Below, in pieces: positions 50,022 through 59,598 of a stretch of 64,000 bases of DNA (position 1 is the stretch's first letter; each line of letters begins with the position of its first letter). Below the pieces are notes generated by a model. The model was not told the origin of the DNA. It saw only the letters and a program-made list of their open reading frames with translations, and did not search any database. The stretch covers positions 32,001-96,000 of the forward strand of contig CAWJIE010000004.1 of NCBI GenBank assembly GCA_963842885.1. Direction: 5' to 3'. This DNA is from an uncultured Nitrososphaerota archaeon. GTDB taxonomy: Archaea > Thermoproteota > Nitrososphaeria > Conexivisphaerales > DTJL01. Both the position numbers and the translations under genes were made by a program.

Positions 50022-50178
50022 GCCCCAGTAGCTCAGCGGTGGAGCAAACCAGAAGTTGGAGCTTAGTCGCCTCGTAAGTGGAATCTGAACCTGCTGCGTC
50101 AAGAGGAAAGGTTCCAGTCGAGAGAGCGATAGGTCGGGGGTCCAAAAGTGCGACGCGCTGGAATTCCCCCCTGGGGCT
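50022..50178 (+). tRNA. tRNA-Thr(CGU) with three introns (50048-50066, 50077-50124, 50147-50164)
   Basis: Spliced product GCCCCAG TA GCTC AGCGGTG GAGC A ATCGC CTCGTAA GCGAT AGGTC GGGGG TCCAAAT CCCCC CTGGGGC T has all four stems fully paired; each intron has a BHB-type motif; TATA-like ttattat at ~49991. Confidence 0.88.
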
Positions 50179-50331
50179 TCTTCCATATCCCGAGCACGCA
50201 GCATCTACGTCGATTCTACGGTCAGAGGCTGCGTTGCGGCTGCCAACTAACGGGAAGGGGGAGGCAGAAGCGGTCTTGGGCATCCGACCACGGAAAAAGC
50301 TTTAATGCTGAAGGATTGAGTTTTTCGCTGG

Positions 50332-50419
50332 GCGGGGGTCGCCCAGCCTGGTCAAAGGCGTAGGCCTGAGGCGCCTATCCAGTAGTGGTTCGTGGGTTCG
50401 AATCCCACCCCCCGCACCA
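50332..50419 (+). tRNA. tRNA-Leu(GAG)
   Basis: GCGGGGG/CCCCCGC acceptor, TAGGC-CTGAGGC-GCCTA anticodon arm, long variable arm, encoded CCA; BRE/TATA gaaaaagctttaat upstream. Confidence 0.95.
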
Positions 50420-50509
50420 ACTTCCTCCTTCTGAGCTGACAGCGAATCGCGCGTCGATTGCTCGATGGCCATCTTCAATCGGAACGCTGTTCTCCGCCCC
50501 ACGGCCGCC

Positions 50510-52093
50510 CTAGGTGACTTGGACGGTGACATAGTGCCACCCCGTGGCCCCGCTCGGGAAGGGGTCGGCCATGCCTTCGGTCTGCAGGTTCCCGTCCCCG
50601 TCGGTGGCCCTCACAATCACGTCGTACGTCCCCGTGGCGGACGGATTCCAGTCGAACGACCACAGGACCCAGGAATTCCCTGAAAGTGGAGCCGCCAAGG
50701 TCGCCGGAGCCCATGTGTTGGCCTTGTCCGTGCTCACCTCCACCTTGGAGATGCCCCGATCGCCGGCGAAAGCCACGCCTACGATGGTGGTCGGACTGCC
50801 ATGAGCTACCTGAGTGGGGCTGGTCACTCCGAAACGGTCGGCCAGGGCGTCGTTCCCGACGTTCACGATCGTTGAGCCGGTCTGGTATTTGGCTTCGTTA
50901 GCCCATCCGGAGCGTTGCCAGAAGCCTTGGTAGGTCTGGTCTGCAAGCTGTATTTCTGTGATCCATTTGGGGTTCATCATGCCGTAGTATCCAGGGACGA
51001 TCGCCCGCAGCGGGTACCCGTGGTCCCTCGGAAGCGGGGAGTCGTTCATTTCGTAGGCCAGGATTGTGGCCTCCTCCATCGCCTTGCTGAGCGGTATGCC
51101 CACGTCGTACTGGTCAGAGCACTTGAAGACCACGTAGGTCGCCTGGGCCTGAACGCCTGCGGTGGCGAGGACGTCCTTGAGCTTCACTCCCGTCCATTTG
51201 GCAGTGCTCATGAGGTCCCCTCCCACTGCGTTGCTGATGCACTCGAGGGTGTTGTACTGCTCAACCGCAGGGAGCGCCTTCAGCTGGTCGTAGCCCAACG
51301 TCATAGGGTTGCTGACGAGCCCTCCGACCTTGATGGACCAAGACGAAGCCTGGACGGAGGGCGTGAAGACGTTGATGTCGACGCGATAGAAGTTGACGTT
51401 CGCAGTGACCTCGCCGCCGTAGAAGCTGGAGAGGTCGCTCGTGCGCACCTTCCCCGGCTGCAGGAACCCTAGGCCATAGAGGGTCAGGGCTGCGAAGGCG
51501 GCTATCGCCCCCCCAGCGAGGATCGACGAACGACGCCTTGTGTCGACGGGCCTGAAATCCTCGGGCAGCACTTCCCTGTCGAGGCCCGTCGGGGCATACC
51601 TGGCCTCCAGAGAGGTCAGCGAAAACCCGAAGAGGAGCAGGGGAGGGACGAGCTCGATGGCCAAGGCCGTCGTCGATATGGGCTGAGAGTTGATCTGTGT
51701 GATGGAGAGAAAGAGACCTGAAAGGAGGAGCGTCACGACGTACGAAACCCCGGCGATGGCCAACCCTTTCGGCAGAAGCCTACTCCGGTTGACCTCGCTC
51801 AGGTTGAGGAAAAGCACTGCGATCAGGCCATAGAGGATAAGGTTCACGGCTATGGCCACGGTGTACATCGTGTATTTGGCGAGAAGGCCTAGGCTCTCAA
51901 CGGCTCCCGCCTCCAGTTGGCCGGGGACCACTGAGAAGAAGGCCTGAGAGGCAAGCTCCGGGAGGAAGGGACCTCCCGCGAACAGTCTGAGAACGAAGGA
52001 GAGCGCCACGGCGAGGGCCCCTGCGCCGACTCCGAGTGCGAAAATACTTAGCTTGGGGCCAGCCAATTCAATGACCGCCCAAGACAGAGTCAC
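50510..52093 (-). CDS. membrane-anchored molybdopterin oxidoreductase (sulfite oxidase family)
   Basis: N-terminal TM helices, internal TRRRS twin-Arg-like motif, TLECISN, DHGYPLR, PGYYGM..PKW, C-terminal dimerisation domain. Confidence 0.88.
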   Translation of the reverse strand: MTLSWAVIELAGPKLSIFALGVGAGALAVALSFVLRLFAGGPFLPELASQAFFSVVPGQLEAGAVESLGLLAKYTMYTVAIAVNLILYGLIAVLFLNLSEVNRSRLLPKGLAIAGVSYVVTLLLSGLFLSITQINSQPISTTALAIELVPPLLLFGFSLTSLEARYAPTGLDREVLPEDFRPVDTRRRSSILAGGAIAAFAALTLYGLGFLQPGKVRTSDLSSFYGGEVTANVNFYRVDINVFTPSVQASSWSIKVGGLVSNPMTLGYDQLKALPAVEQYNTLECISNAVGGDLMSTAKWTGVKLKDVLATAGVQAQATYVVFKCSDQYDVGIPLSKAMEEATILAYEMNDSPLPRDHGYPLRAIVPGYYGMMNPKWITEIQLADQTYQGFWQRSGWANEAKYQTGSTIVNVGNDALADRFGVTSPTQVAHGSPTTIVGVAFAGDRGISKVEVSTDKANTWAPATLAAPLSGNSWVLWSFDWNPSATGTYDVIVRATDGDGNLQTEGMADPFPSGATGWHYVTVQVT

Positions 52094-52456
52094 TATTCGG
52101 GGAGACTAAGACCCGGAACCGAAAGCCATGTCCCAAGTGAAAGACGCCGGGGGCATAAGCAAAAGGCCGACAACGCGCCCACCTAGACGTCCTCATCTTC
52201 TTCGCATACCCGTGAAGGCCGGGATTGTCACAGGGCTATTAGCGTTGTCGAGCTTCCTACGTAAGCAGTGTCAGGGAATCGCAGACCGAGGAAACAATCT
52301 TGTGCAGGATGGCAGCCAGGGGGAACTCGGCCGGCTCCACTCCAAGAGCTCCTGAGGTCCTGGATTCCGTTCCCGGCATCCACCTCTGCGTAGTCTCCGG
52401 GAATCATCAGAAAGGCGCACTACGGCCGTGCTCCGGCGCGCTCTAGGCCATCAGGA

Positions 52457-52786
52457 TCAGCGCTTTATGTTGGTGACCAGCAGCTTGAACTGAAGGGTCT
52501 TGCCCACCATTGGATGCCTGCCCGTCCTGCCGTAGGCCTTCTCCGGAGGAAGAATTACTTCTTTGGTGTCGTTCACCTTGATGCCTAGGAGGGCCTCTTC
52601 GAATCCGGAAATGACCTGATGGGCGCCCAGCGTCACCTGGAGCGGCGTGTAATCCCTTGCCGGGTTGAATATCCCGGCCTTGATCGCCTCTCCCTTCATG
52701 CTGGTGTCGAAGACCTTCCCGCCCGGGAACTTGCCGACGTAGTGAACTGAGATGACGTCACCGTTCTGAGCCACAAGGGAGCTCAT
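52457..52786 (-). CDS. FKBP-type peptidyl-prolyl isomerase
   Basis: VHYVG, VFDTS, VISGFEEAL, PEKAYG, HPMVGKTLQF. Confidence 0.9.
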   Translation of the reverse strand: MSSLVAQNGDVISVHYVGKFPGGKVFDTSMKGEAIKAGIFNPARDYTPLQVTLGAHQVISGFEEALLGIKVNDTKEVILPPEKAYGRTGRHPMVGKTLQFKLLVTNIKR

Positions 52787-52967
52787 GATGCGTGCTCCGT
52801 TGGCTTTGCCGTATTTAGGTTTTGGCCGAACGCAGTTCTGTTTCACAGTGATGAGGTAAGAAGGGTTAAATAACCGTCTCATAAGCCTCAAGACAACGCA
52901 GAAGCTGTTGCAGAGTCTTCAGGTAAGACTGACGCTCGAACGACGCTTTGGTGTGTGAACAAACAAC

Positions 52968-54224
52968 ATGAGAGGATTTGAGGGCTTGGGTCTGGACCCA
53001 AGGCTCCTAAGAAGTCTGAACGATTTGGGGTTCACGGAGCCCTTCCCGATTCAAGAGCGGGCTATACAGCCCATACTGGACGGAACCGACGTGATAGGGC
53101 AGGCGAAGACCGGCTCGGGGAAGACGGCGGCCTTCGGACTGCCGCTTCTTCAGCTTGTGGACCCAGGCATGAACAAGGTGCAGGCCCTGATATTGGCTCC
53201 GACCAGGGAACTGGCGGTGCAGATCACCGAGGAGCTCAGGAGGCTGGGGAAGTACATGGGGGTGAGAATCGTCACCGTGTACGGGGGCCAGTCCATCAAC
53301 GTGCAGCTCGAGGAGCTGGCCGACGGAGCGGAAATAGTAGTGGGGACCCCTGGGAGGGTCATCGATTTCATCGATCACAACGAGCTCAACCTCGGGAATG
53401 TGAGATATGTCGTCCTTGACGAAGCGGACAGGATGTTGGACATGGGCTTCATCGACGACATCGAGTATATCCTCGAGGCGGCGCCTGGCCGCAGGCAGAT
53501 GAGCCTCTTCTCGGCCACCATGCCCGATGAGATCATCAGGCTCTCTGCGAAGTACATGAGCCAGCCGGAGAAGATACTGGTGAGCGCCGACGAGCCCTCC
53601 GTGGACGAGCTGGACCAGTACTATACCCTCGTTGAGGACGGGGCGGAGAAGTTCCAGAAGCTCATCGCCCTGCTGAAGAAGGAGAACCCGACCAGCGCCA
53701 TGGTGTTCACCAGGACGAAGACGGGCGCCCACAGGCTCGCCCGGGAGCTGGAGAAGAGGTTCTTCAACGTAACACCCCTCCATGGAGACCTGTCGCAGTA
53801 CCAGAGGGACAGATCCATGAACGCGTTCAGGACAGGGAGGGTGGACATACTCGTAGCCACCGACGTAGCCGCGAGGGGCATCGACGTCCCTGGCGTCCAG
53901 CTGGTGGTGAACTACGACTTCCCCGAAGATCCGCTCATCTACTTCCACCGGGTGGGGCGCACGGCACGGGCTGGGAGCATAGGGAAGTCGATCGCTCTAA
54001 TCGCGCCGGACGACTTCATCGTCTTCAGGCAGGTCCAGGAGCTTACGAAGGTCACCATAAAGCCGCTTAGCCCGTCCGACGAGAACCCTACCTTCATCGG
54101 CCGACACAGGGGTCAGGGGTACAGGGGGAGGAGCGGCGCTCAGCATCAGGGAGATCGTAGGGGCGGATACCGCCACGGTCCGAGGGGCGGACGCCCGAGC
54201 TACCGGAGAGGCACTCGCGAATAG
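52968..54224 (+). CDS. deaD: DEAD-box RNA helicase (CshA/DeaD-like)
   Basis: Q motif, AKTGSGKT, PTREL, DEAD, SAT, HRVGRTAR, RG-rich tail. Confidence 0.95.
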   Translation: MRGFEGLGLDPRLLRSLNDLGFTEPFPIQERAIQPILDGTDVIGQAKTGSGKTAAFGLPLLQLVDPGMNKVQALILAPTRELAVQITEELRRLGKYMGVRIVTVYGGQSINVQLEELADGAEIVVGTPGRVIDFIDHNELNLGNVRYVVLDEADRMLDMGFIDDIEYILEAAPGRRQMSLFSATMPDEIIRLSAKYMSQPEKILVSADEPSVDELDQYYTLVEDGAEKFQKLIALLKKENPTSAMVFTRTKTGAHRLARELEKRFFNVTPLHGDLSQYQRDRSMNAFRTGRVDILVATDVAARGIDVPGVQLVVNYDFPEDPLIYFHRVGRTARAGSIGKSIALIAPDDFIVFRQVQELTKVTIKPLSPSDENPTFIGRHRGQGYRGRSGAQHQGDRRGGYRHGPRGGRPSYRRGTRE

Positions 54225-54411
54225 GCTCGCCCTAGAACCCATACTTCGTTCTACAGACGGCAGTTCAGAGCAGACGTTTCCCTATCATCCGATGTGGAGA
54301 AAGGAATGGATGGCGGAACAAAAAACCTCTCCGCCCTTTCGTGGCGATTCACGTTCCGTCTAGACCGAGGAGAGGTTCATTCATTCTCTCCCGCATCGAC
54401 GTCTACGTGAT

Positions 54412-54753
54412 CTACTGATCTTGCCCAGCTGGCTCGGCATCTGTTGATGCGGGAGCCTCCGCCGGTTGCGAAGGTGCGTTTTCTGTGGGGGAGACGATCT
54501 CCGCTGTCGCGTATCTGTTGGAGACGTTGGTGATCTTTACCTTGAGCTTCTGGCCGGTCTTCGCACCGGTTACAAAGATGATGAATCCCTGAACCTTTGC
54601 GATGCCGTCGCCGCGCCTTGAAATCTCAGTGATTTCTACGTCGTATTCCTCGCCAGCCTTCACTGGCTTGGGAGCGAAGTTTCTTGGGCCTCCGAAGCCT
54701 CCACCGAAGCTCCTTCTGGCACCGTATCCTCCACTTCGTTGTCCGTAACTCAT
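54412..54753 (-). CDS. single TRAM-domain protein (archaeal RNA chaperone type)
   Basis: PKPV..GEEYDVEI....RGDGIAKVQGFIIFV; Gly/Arg-rich N-terminus. Confidence 0.9.
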   Translation of the reverse strand: MSYGQRSGGYGARRSFGGGFGGPRNFAPKPVKAGEEYDVEITEISRRGDGIAKVQGFIIFVTGAKTGQKLKVKITNVSNRYATAEIVSPTENAPSQPAEAPASTDAEPAGQDQ

Positions 54754-54822
54754 GCCTTATGCACTCGTGAGCTTCCGGCCTTGTTTCCTGTTGTATTAAC
54801 GTTCTGCTGTCGTCAGCCGGGA

Positions 54823-55830
54823 TCAGGAGTATCCCTTAGCCATCTCTCTAATCATGAGCTGGACATCATCGCCAAGAGGGTAGAGTATAGGACAGGTGGC
54901 GCCGCTCTCCATATATTGCTTCACCTTCTGCCGGCAGTCCTCCGGCGTCCCGGATGCCGTCAGCATGTCCACCATCTTGTCGTCCACGAGATGTTTGGCC
55001 TTCTCCAGTCCACCGGGTTTGGCGGGCCATCCGCCCAAGGCGTCGCTTATCTCCTTGACGAGCCCCTCGCTGATGCCGTTGGCCTTGGCGATGTGAGGCT
55101 GCTGACCCACGTACATGGTGACGAGGTTGCGAGAGCTGTCGAGGGCCTTGTCGGCGTCCTGGTCCATGGAGCAGACGACGAGCTGAGGCCTGTCTATCTC
55201 GGCCATCTTGCGGTGGGCCTTTCTCGCTCCGATCCTGAGGTGCTCCATGGCTTCGTGGTTGTATTTCGGAGAGACTAGGTAGTTCAGGACGACGCCGTCA
55301 GCGATCATGCCGGTCAGCTCCATCATCTGCATTCCGGTCGCGCCGATGTAAATCGGGATGTCCCGGACGCTCTTGTCGCCGTAGACGATGTCCAGCTGGA
55401 TGTCCTGGACCTTGACAAAGTCGCCCTGGAAGGTCACGTTCTTCATCTTGAACAGCTCCTTGAGCACGGTGACGTATTCCCTCATGGCCACTAGAGGCCT
55501 GTCCCGGTGGATTCCCACCTTAGAAGCCAGCGGGTCCCACCAGGCCCCGAGACCCAGCAGGACCCTCTTGGGCGCCAGGTCGTAGAGTGTTGAGTAGGTC
55601 GAAGCCATAATGCCGACGTTGCGAGTCCAGTTGTTGACGACGCCGCTACCCACCTTTATCTTGTTCGTGACGGCCGCGACGGCGGCCATGGGGACGATGG
55701 CGTCTCTCACGAGCCTGGACTCCGCGAACCAGACGGCCTCGAAGCCATGCCTCTCGGCATAGCGGCCGAAGGACATCTCCTCGCGGATGGAGTGCTTGTC
55801 CTGCATGTAAAGCGCCAGCCTGTCTGCCAA
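54823..55830 (-). CDS. LLM-class (luciferase-like, probably F420-dependent) oxidoreductase
   Basis: GFEAVWFAE, IKVGSGV, LLGLGA, PIYIGATG..M......ADGV. Confidence 0.85.
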   Translation of the reverse strand: MADRLALYMQDKHSIREEMSFGRYAERHGFEAVWFAESRLVRDAIVPMAAVAAVTNKIKVGSGVVNNWTRNVGIMASTYSTLYDLAPKRVLLGLGAWWDPLASKVGIHRDRPLVAMREYVTVLKELFKMKNVTFQGDFVKVQDIQLDIVYGDKSVRDIPIYIGATGMQMMELTGMIADGVVLNYLVSPKYNHEAMEHLRIGARKAHRKMAEIDRPQLVVCSMDQDADKALDSSRNLVTMYVGQQPHIAKANGISEGLVKEISDALGGWPAKPGGLEKAKHLVDDKMVDMLTASGTPEDCRQKVKQYMESGATCPILYPLGDDVQLMIREMAKGYS

Positions 55831-55959
55831 TTCTCTTCTCGACAGGGTTAGGGTCGTCGCACTATTATAGTGTCGGTGAAGGATTGAACTTTTTGCACGT
55901 TCTTCCGGAAATCTTTTAAGAGTCCACAGAGCCGAGTAGCTCTCGACTCACGGTGCCTA

Positions 55960-56739
55960 TTGATGCCCAGCGTTCTTGAAATCGACAAGGTCGGAGTGCA
56001 GGTGGCCGACAAGAGGGTGGTGCAGGAGGTCTCCATGACGATCAGACAGGGAGAGATACATGCCCTGATGGGGCCCAATGGCTCGGGGAAGAGCTCCCTT
56101 TCATACGCACTCATGGGGCATCCCAAGTACAAGATCGTGTCAGGCGACATACGCCTCGATGGAGTCTCGCTGCTCCCCATGACCGCCACGGAGAGGGCGA
56201 GGCATGGCGTCTTCCTCGCCCTTCAGTATCCGGTCGAGGTGTCCGGTGTGACGCTTTTCAACTTCCTTCGCAGCTCCTACAGCGCCATCAAGCAGGGAGG
56301 GAAGGACGACGTGAAGATCTTGGCTCCCATAATCCCCTTCAGGAAGCTCGTCCAGCAGAAGCTCGACCTCCTGAAGGTGGACAACGCCTTCACAGCCCGG
56401 TATCTCAACGAGGGCCTGTCGGGAGGGGAGAAGAAGAGGTCGGAGATCCTCCAGATGGCCATCATGGAGCCCAAGATGGCCATCCTGGATGAAATCGACT
56501 CCGGCCTCGACATCGACGCCGTCAAGATCGTGGCCGAGACGCTCAACCGGCTGATGGGCCCCCAGCTCGGCCTCCTTCTCATCACCCACTACATCCGTAT
56601 ACTCCAGTTCGTGCAGCCGGAGTTCGTGCACGTCATGGCCGATGGCAAGATAGTGGCGGAGGGCGGCCCCGAACTGGCCAAGAAGCTCGAAGAGAAGGGC
56701 TATGGATGGCTTACTGAGAAGCCCGAAGCGCCTCAGTAG
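55960..56739 (+). CDS. sufC: Fe-S assembly ATPase SufC
   Basis: GPNGSGKS, QYPVE, NEGLSGGEKKR, DEIDSGLD, ITHY. Confidence 0.96.
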   Translation: MMPSVLEIDKVGVQVADKRVVQEVSMTIRQGEIHALMGPNGSGKSSLSYALMGHPKYKIVSGDIRLDGVSLLPMTATERARHGVFLALQYPVEVSGVTLFNFLRSSYSAIKQGGKDDVKILAPIIPFRKLVQQKLDLLKVDNAFTARYLNEGLSGGEKKRSEILQMAIMEPKMAILDEIDSGLDIDAVKIVAETLNRLMGPQLGLLLITHYIRILQFVQPEFVHVMADGKIVAEGGPELAKKLEEKGYGWLTEKPEAPQ

Positions 56740-56802
56740 CTGACGCTGGGAACAGGAGCAACGCATATCTATGATGAGCCGTCTCATGCGTAGGTGTTCG
56801 AT

Positions 56803-58204
56803 TTGTCCGTAAGGGACAGAGTCAAACGTCGACTACAGCAAATACGACTTCAAGGACCCCGAGACTTCCGTCTTCACCACTGATCGGGGGCTTGACAAGG
56901 AGAAGGTCATCAGGATATCCAAGCACAAGAACGAGCCGGAATGGATGACGGAGTTCCGCGTCAGGGCATATGAGACGTTCAAGAAGAAGCCCATTCCAGT
57001 CTGGGGCGCCGACCTCTCCAACATCGACTTTGACAACATAAAGTACTACATCCAGCCCACGGACAAGAACGTCGGCAGCTGGGAAGCCCTCCCCGACGCC
57101 ATCAAGAACACCTTCGAAAGGCTGGGAGTGCCGGAGGCAGAGAGGAAGTTCATGGCCGGCGTGGGGGCGCAGTACGAATCCGAGGTCGTCTATCACAACA
57201 TGCGGAAGGACCTCGAGAAGCAGGGCGTCGTCTTCTCCGACATGGACACCGCCGTGCGTGAGTTCCCCGAAATCGTCAAGAAGTACTTCGGGACCGTGAT
57301 CCCAGTAAACGACAACACGTTTGCCGCCCTGAACAGCGCCGTCTGGAGCGGTGGCAGTTTCATTTACGTGCCGGAGGGGGTCAAGGTAGAGCAGCCGCTT
57401 CACGCTTACTTCAGGATAAACGCGGCGAACATGGGCCAGTTCGAGCGGACGCTCATCATAGCCGAGCCCTACAGCGACATCCATTACATCGAAGGATGCA
57501 CTGCACCAGTTTACACGTCTGATTCCCTTCACGCGGCCGTGGTTGAGCTCATCGCCAAGAAGGGTGCTCACATCAGGTACACGACCATTCAGAACTGGTC
57601 CAAGGACGTCTACAACCTGGTTACCAAGCGGGCCTTCGCTTACGAAGATGCCAGGGTCGAATGGATCGACGGCAACCTCGGCAGCAAGATCACCATGAAG
57701 TACCCCTCCATCTACCTCCTGGGAAGGGGAGCGAGGGCGGAGGTCCTTTCGGTCGCCATGGCAGGCAGTGGCCAGCATATCGACGCAGGCTCCAAGGTGC
57801 TACACCTGGCGCCTGACACGAGCTCGAGAATCACCTCGAAGTCGGTGTCCAAGGACGGAGGCAGGACCACCTACCGTGGTCAGCTTCTGGTGGCCAAGGG
57901 TGCGACGGGCGTCAAGAGCAGCGTACGGTGCGACGCGCTCATACTGGACGATAAGTCGAAGTCCGACACCTACCCCTACAACATGGTGAGCGAAAGCGAC
58001 ACCGTGTTGACTCATGAGGCGACGGTAGGGAAGATCGGAGAGGACCAGCTATTCTACCTGATGAGCAGGGGCCTTACTGAAGACGAAGCCCTGAACGCCG
58101 TAGTAATGGGGTTCATGGAGCCGTTCACGAAGGAACTCCCCATGGTCTATGCCATAGAGCTCAACAGGCTGATCGGCCTAGAGATGACAAACTCCGTCGG
58201 ATAG
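56803..58204 (+). CDS. sufB: Fe-S assembly protein SufB (N-terminal frameshift)
   Basis: AQYESE, GQFERT, YIEGCTAP, VRCDAL, THEATV; TTG 56803 joins the frame if one A at ~56825 is removed. Confidence 0.95.
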
Positions 58205-58281
58205 GATAGCCGGACATATTCCCTAGAGCGAGCCATTTGTCTGATAATTCTCATATAGTAGCAGCAAGAGCTGAGAATCCT

Positions 58282-59533
58282 GTGTCAGAGAACCTCCTCA
58301 ACCGCATCAAGGAGCTTTCGAGCGAACTAGGGGAACCCGAGGAGGTCGCCGAAGCGCGAAAGAGCCAGCTTCTCCCTCTATGAGGCGCTTCCATATGAGA
58401 GGAACGTCCTCTTCGTGAAGAACTTCGAAAAACTTCCCGGGGACCCTACCGATTTTGCCCCGCGGGCCGGCGGCTCGCTGCCTGAGGGCGTCAGGTATTC
58501 GTTCGCGACCCTAGGAACGAAGCGCTTCGTCAGCTCGCTTCCGAAGGGAGTCGGGTTCAGTGAAGGACGCGAGGAGGGACTCCCCCTTCTGGCGCTCCCT
58601 CTGCCTACGGACGAAGACAAGATGTTCTACCTGAACGCCGCCTTCAGGGACTCCGACAACGTCATCTCGGTTGCCCCCGGCGAATCCGTCGTCGACCCAG
58701 TCGTCCGTCTGACGGTGTCGCCTCCCGGCATGTCGGCCACCTACCGCCATACCGAGATGGAGTTCGGTGAAGGGTCCACCTCCATCTTCTTCGACAGGAT
58801 AGTCGATTCGGCGGATTCGGGAGATGACCCTTCACTCCTGAGCGACGTCGTCGACGTTCGCCTGAAGCCTAACGCCGTGGTGACGTACGTCACGCTCTCC
58901 ACCGGCCGGAGGGAGAGGCTCCTTCACAACACTCACTTCGTCCTGGAAAGCGGGGCGAAGCTCACATACGTGGCCTGGTACGCGGCGTCTCCCTATGTGC
59001 GAGTGCGGACTGACGTCGTCCTGATGGGGGAAGGAGGCGAGGCCAACCTGTACTGGGGAGGCTTCCCGAAGAACGGATCTCGCTATGACTACATGGCCTA
59101 TGTCGAGCATCTGGGAAGGTCGACGAAGGGCTTCGCCCTCCAGAGGGGCCTGGTCGGAAGTCAGTCTAGGATGCTGCTCAAAGGGCTGATGACAATCCGT
59201 CATTCCGCCGTCAACGCCGACAGCCACCTCAGCCAGCACGCCCTCCTGCTCACGCGGGACTCGTTCGCCAACGCCATACCTGGGCTGGAGATTGAAACGA
59301 ACGAGCTCAAGGCGAAGCATTCTGCGTCCGTGTCCCAGCCGGATGAAGACCAGCTGTTTTACCTCATGAGCCGGGGGCTGACGAGGGAGGAGTCCATCAT
59401 GGAGATCGCGGGTGGCTACCTCAATCCTCTTGCGGTGAACATACCGGACAAGTCAGCCAGAGAAGCCTTCGAAGCTGAAATCGACAAGGCGCTGAAGGGC
59501 TATCCGGCTGGGCAGTCATCTCTCGAATCATAG
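58282..59533 (+). CDS. sufD: Fe-S assembly protein SufD (N-terminal frameshift)
   Basis: PGLEI....KAKHSAS, QLFYLMSRG; position after sufB. Confidence 0.85.
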
Positions 59534-59598
59534 AGGACAGCTCCCAGGAGCGCCTAAGATGCACAGCATTAAAATAATGCGGGAGAGAGGAATCAAGC

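Noticed and set aside
50077-50124. C/D-box guide or nested intron inside tRNA-Thr intron 2
   Set aside because: One CTGA but no C box, and no second BHB could be folded
50194-50237. Hairpin after tRNA-Thr as a separate ncRNA
   Set aside because: Single GC-rich imperfect stem with no other support
52094-52456. Moco riboswitch or small gene upstream of the molybdoenzyme
   Set aside because: Motif-like words are on the wrong strand and the short ORFs have no recognisable features
54272-54404. Minus-strand hammerhead ribozyme (GTC ... CGGATGA ... GAAAC)
   Set aside because: Core deviates from CUGAnGA, stem II is missing and the stem I register conflicts
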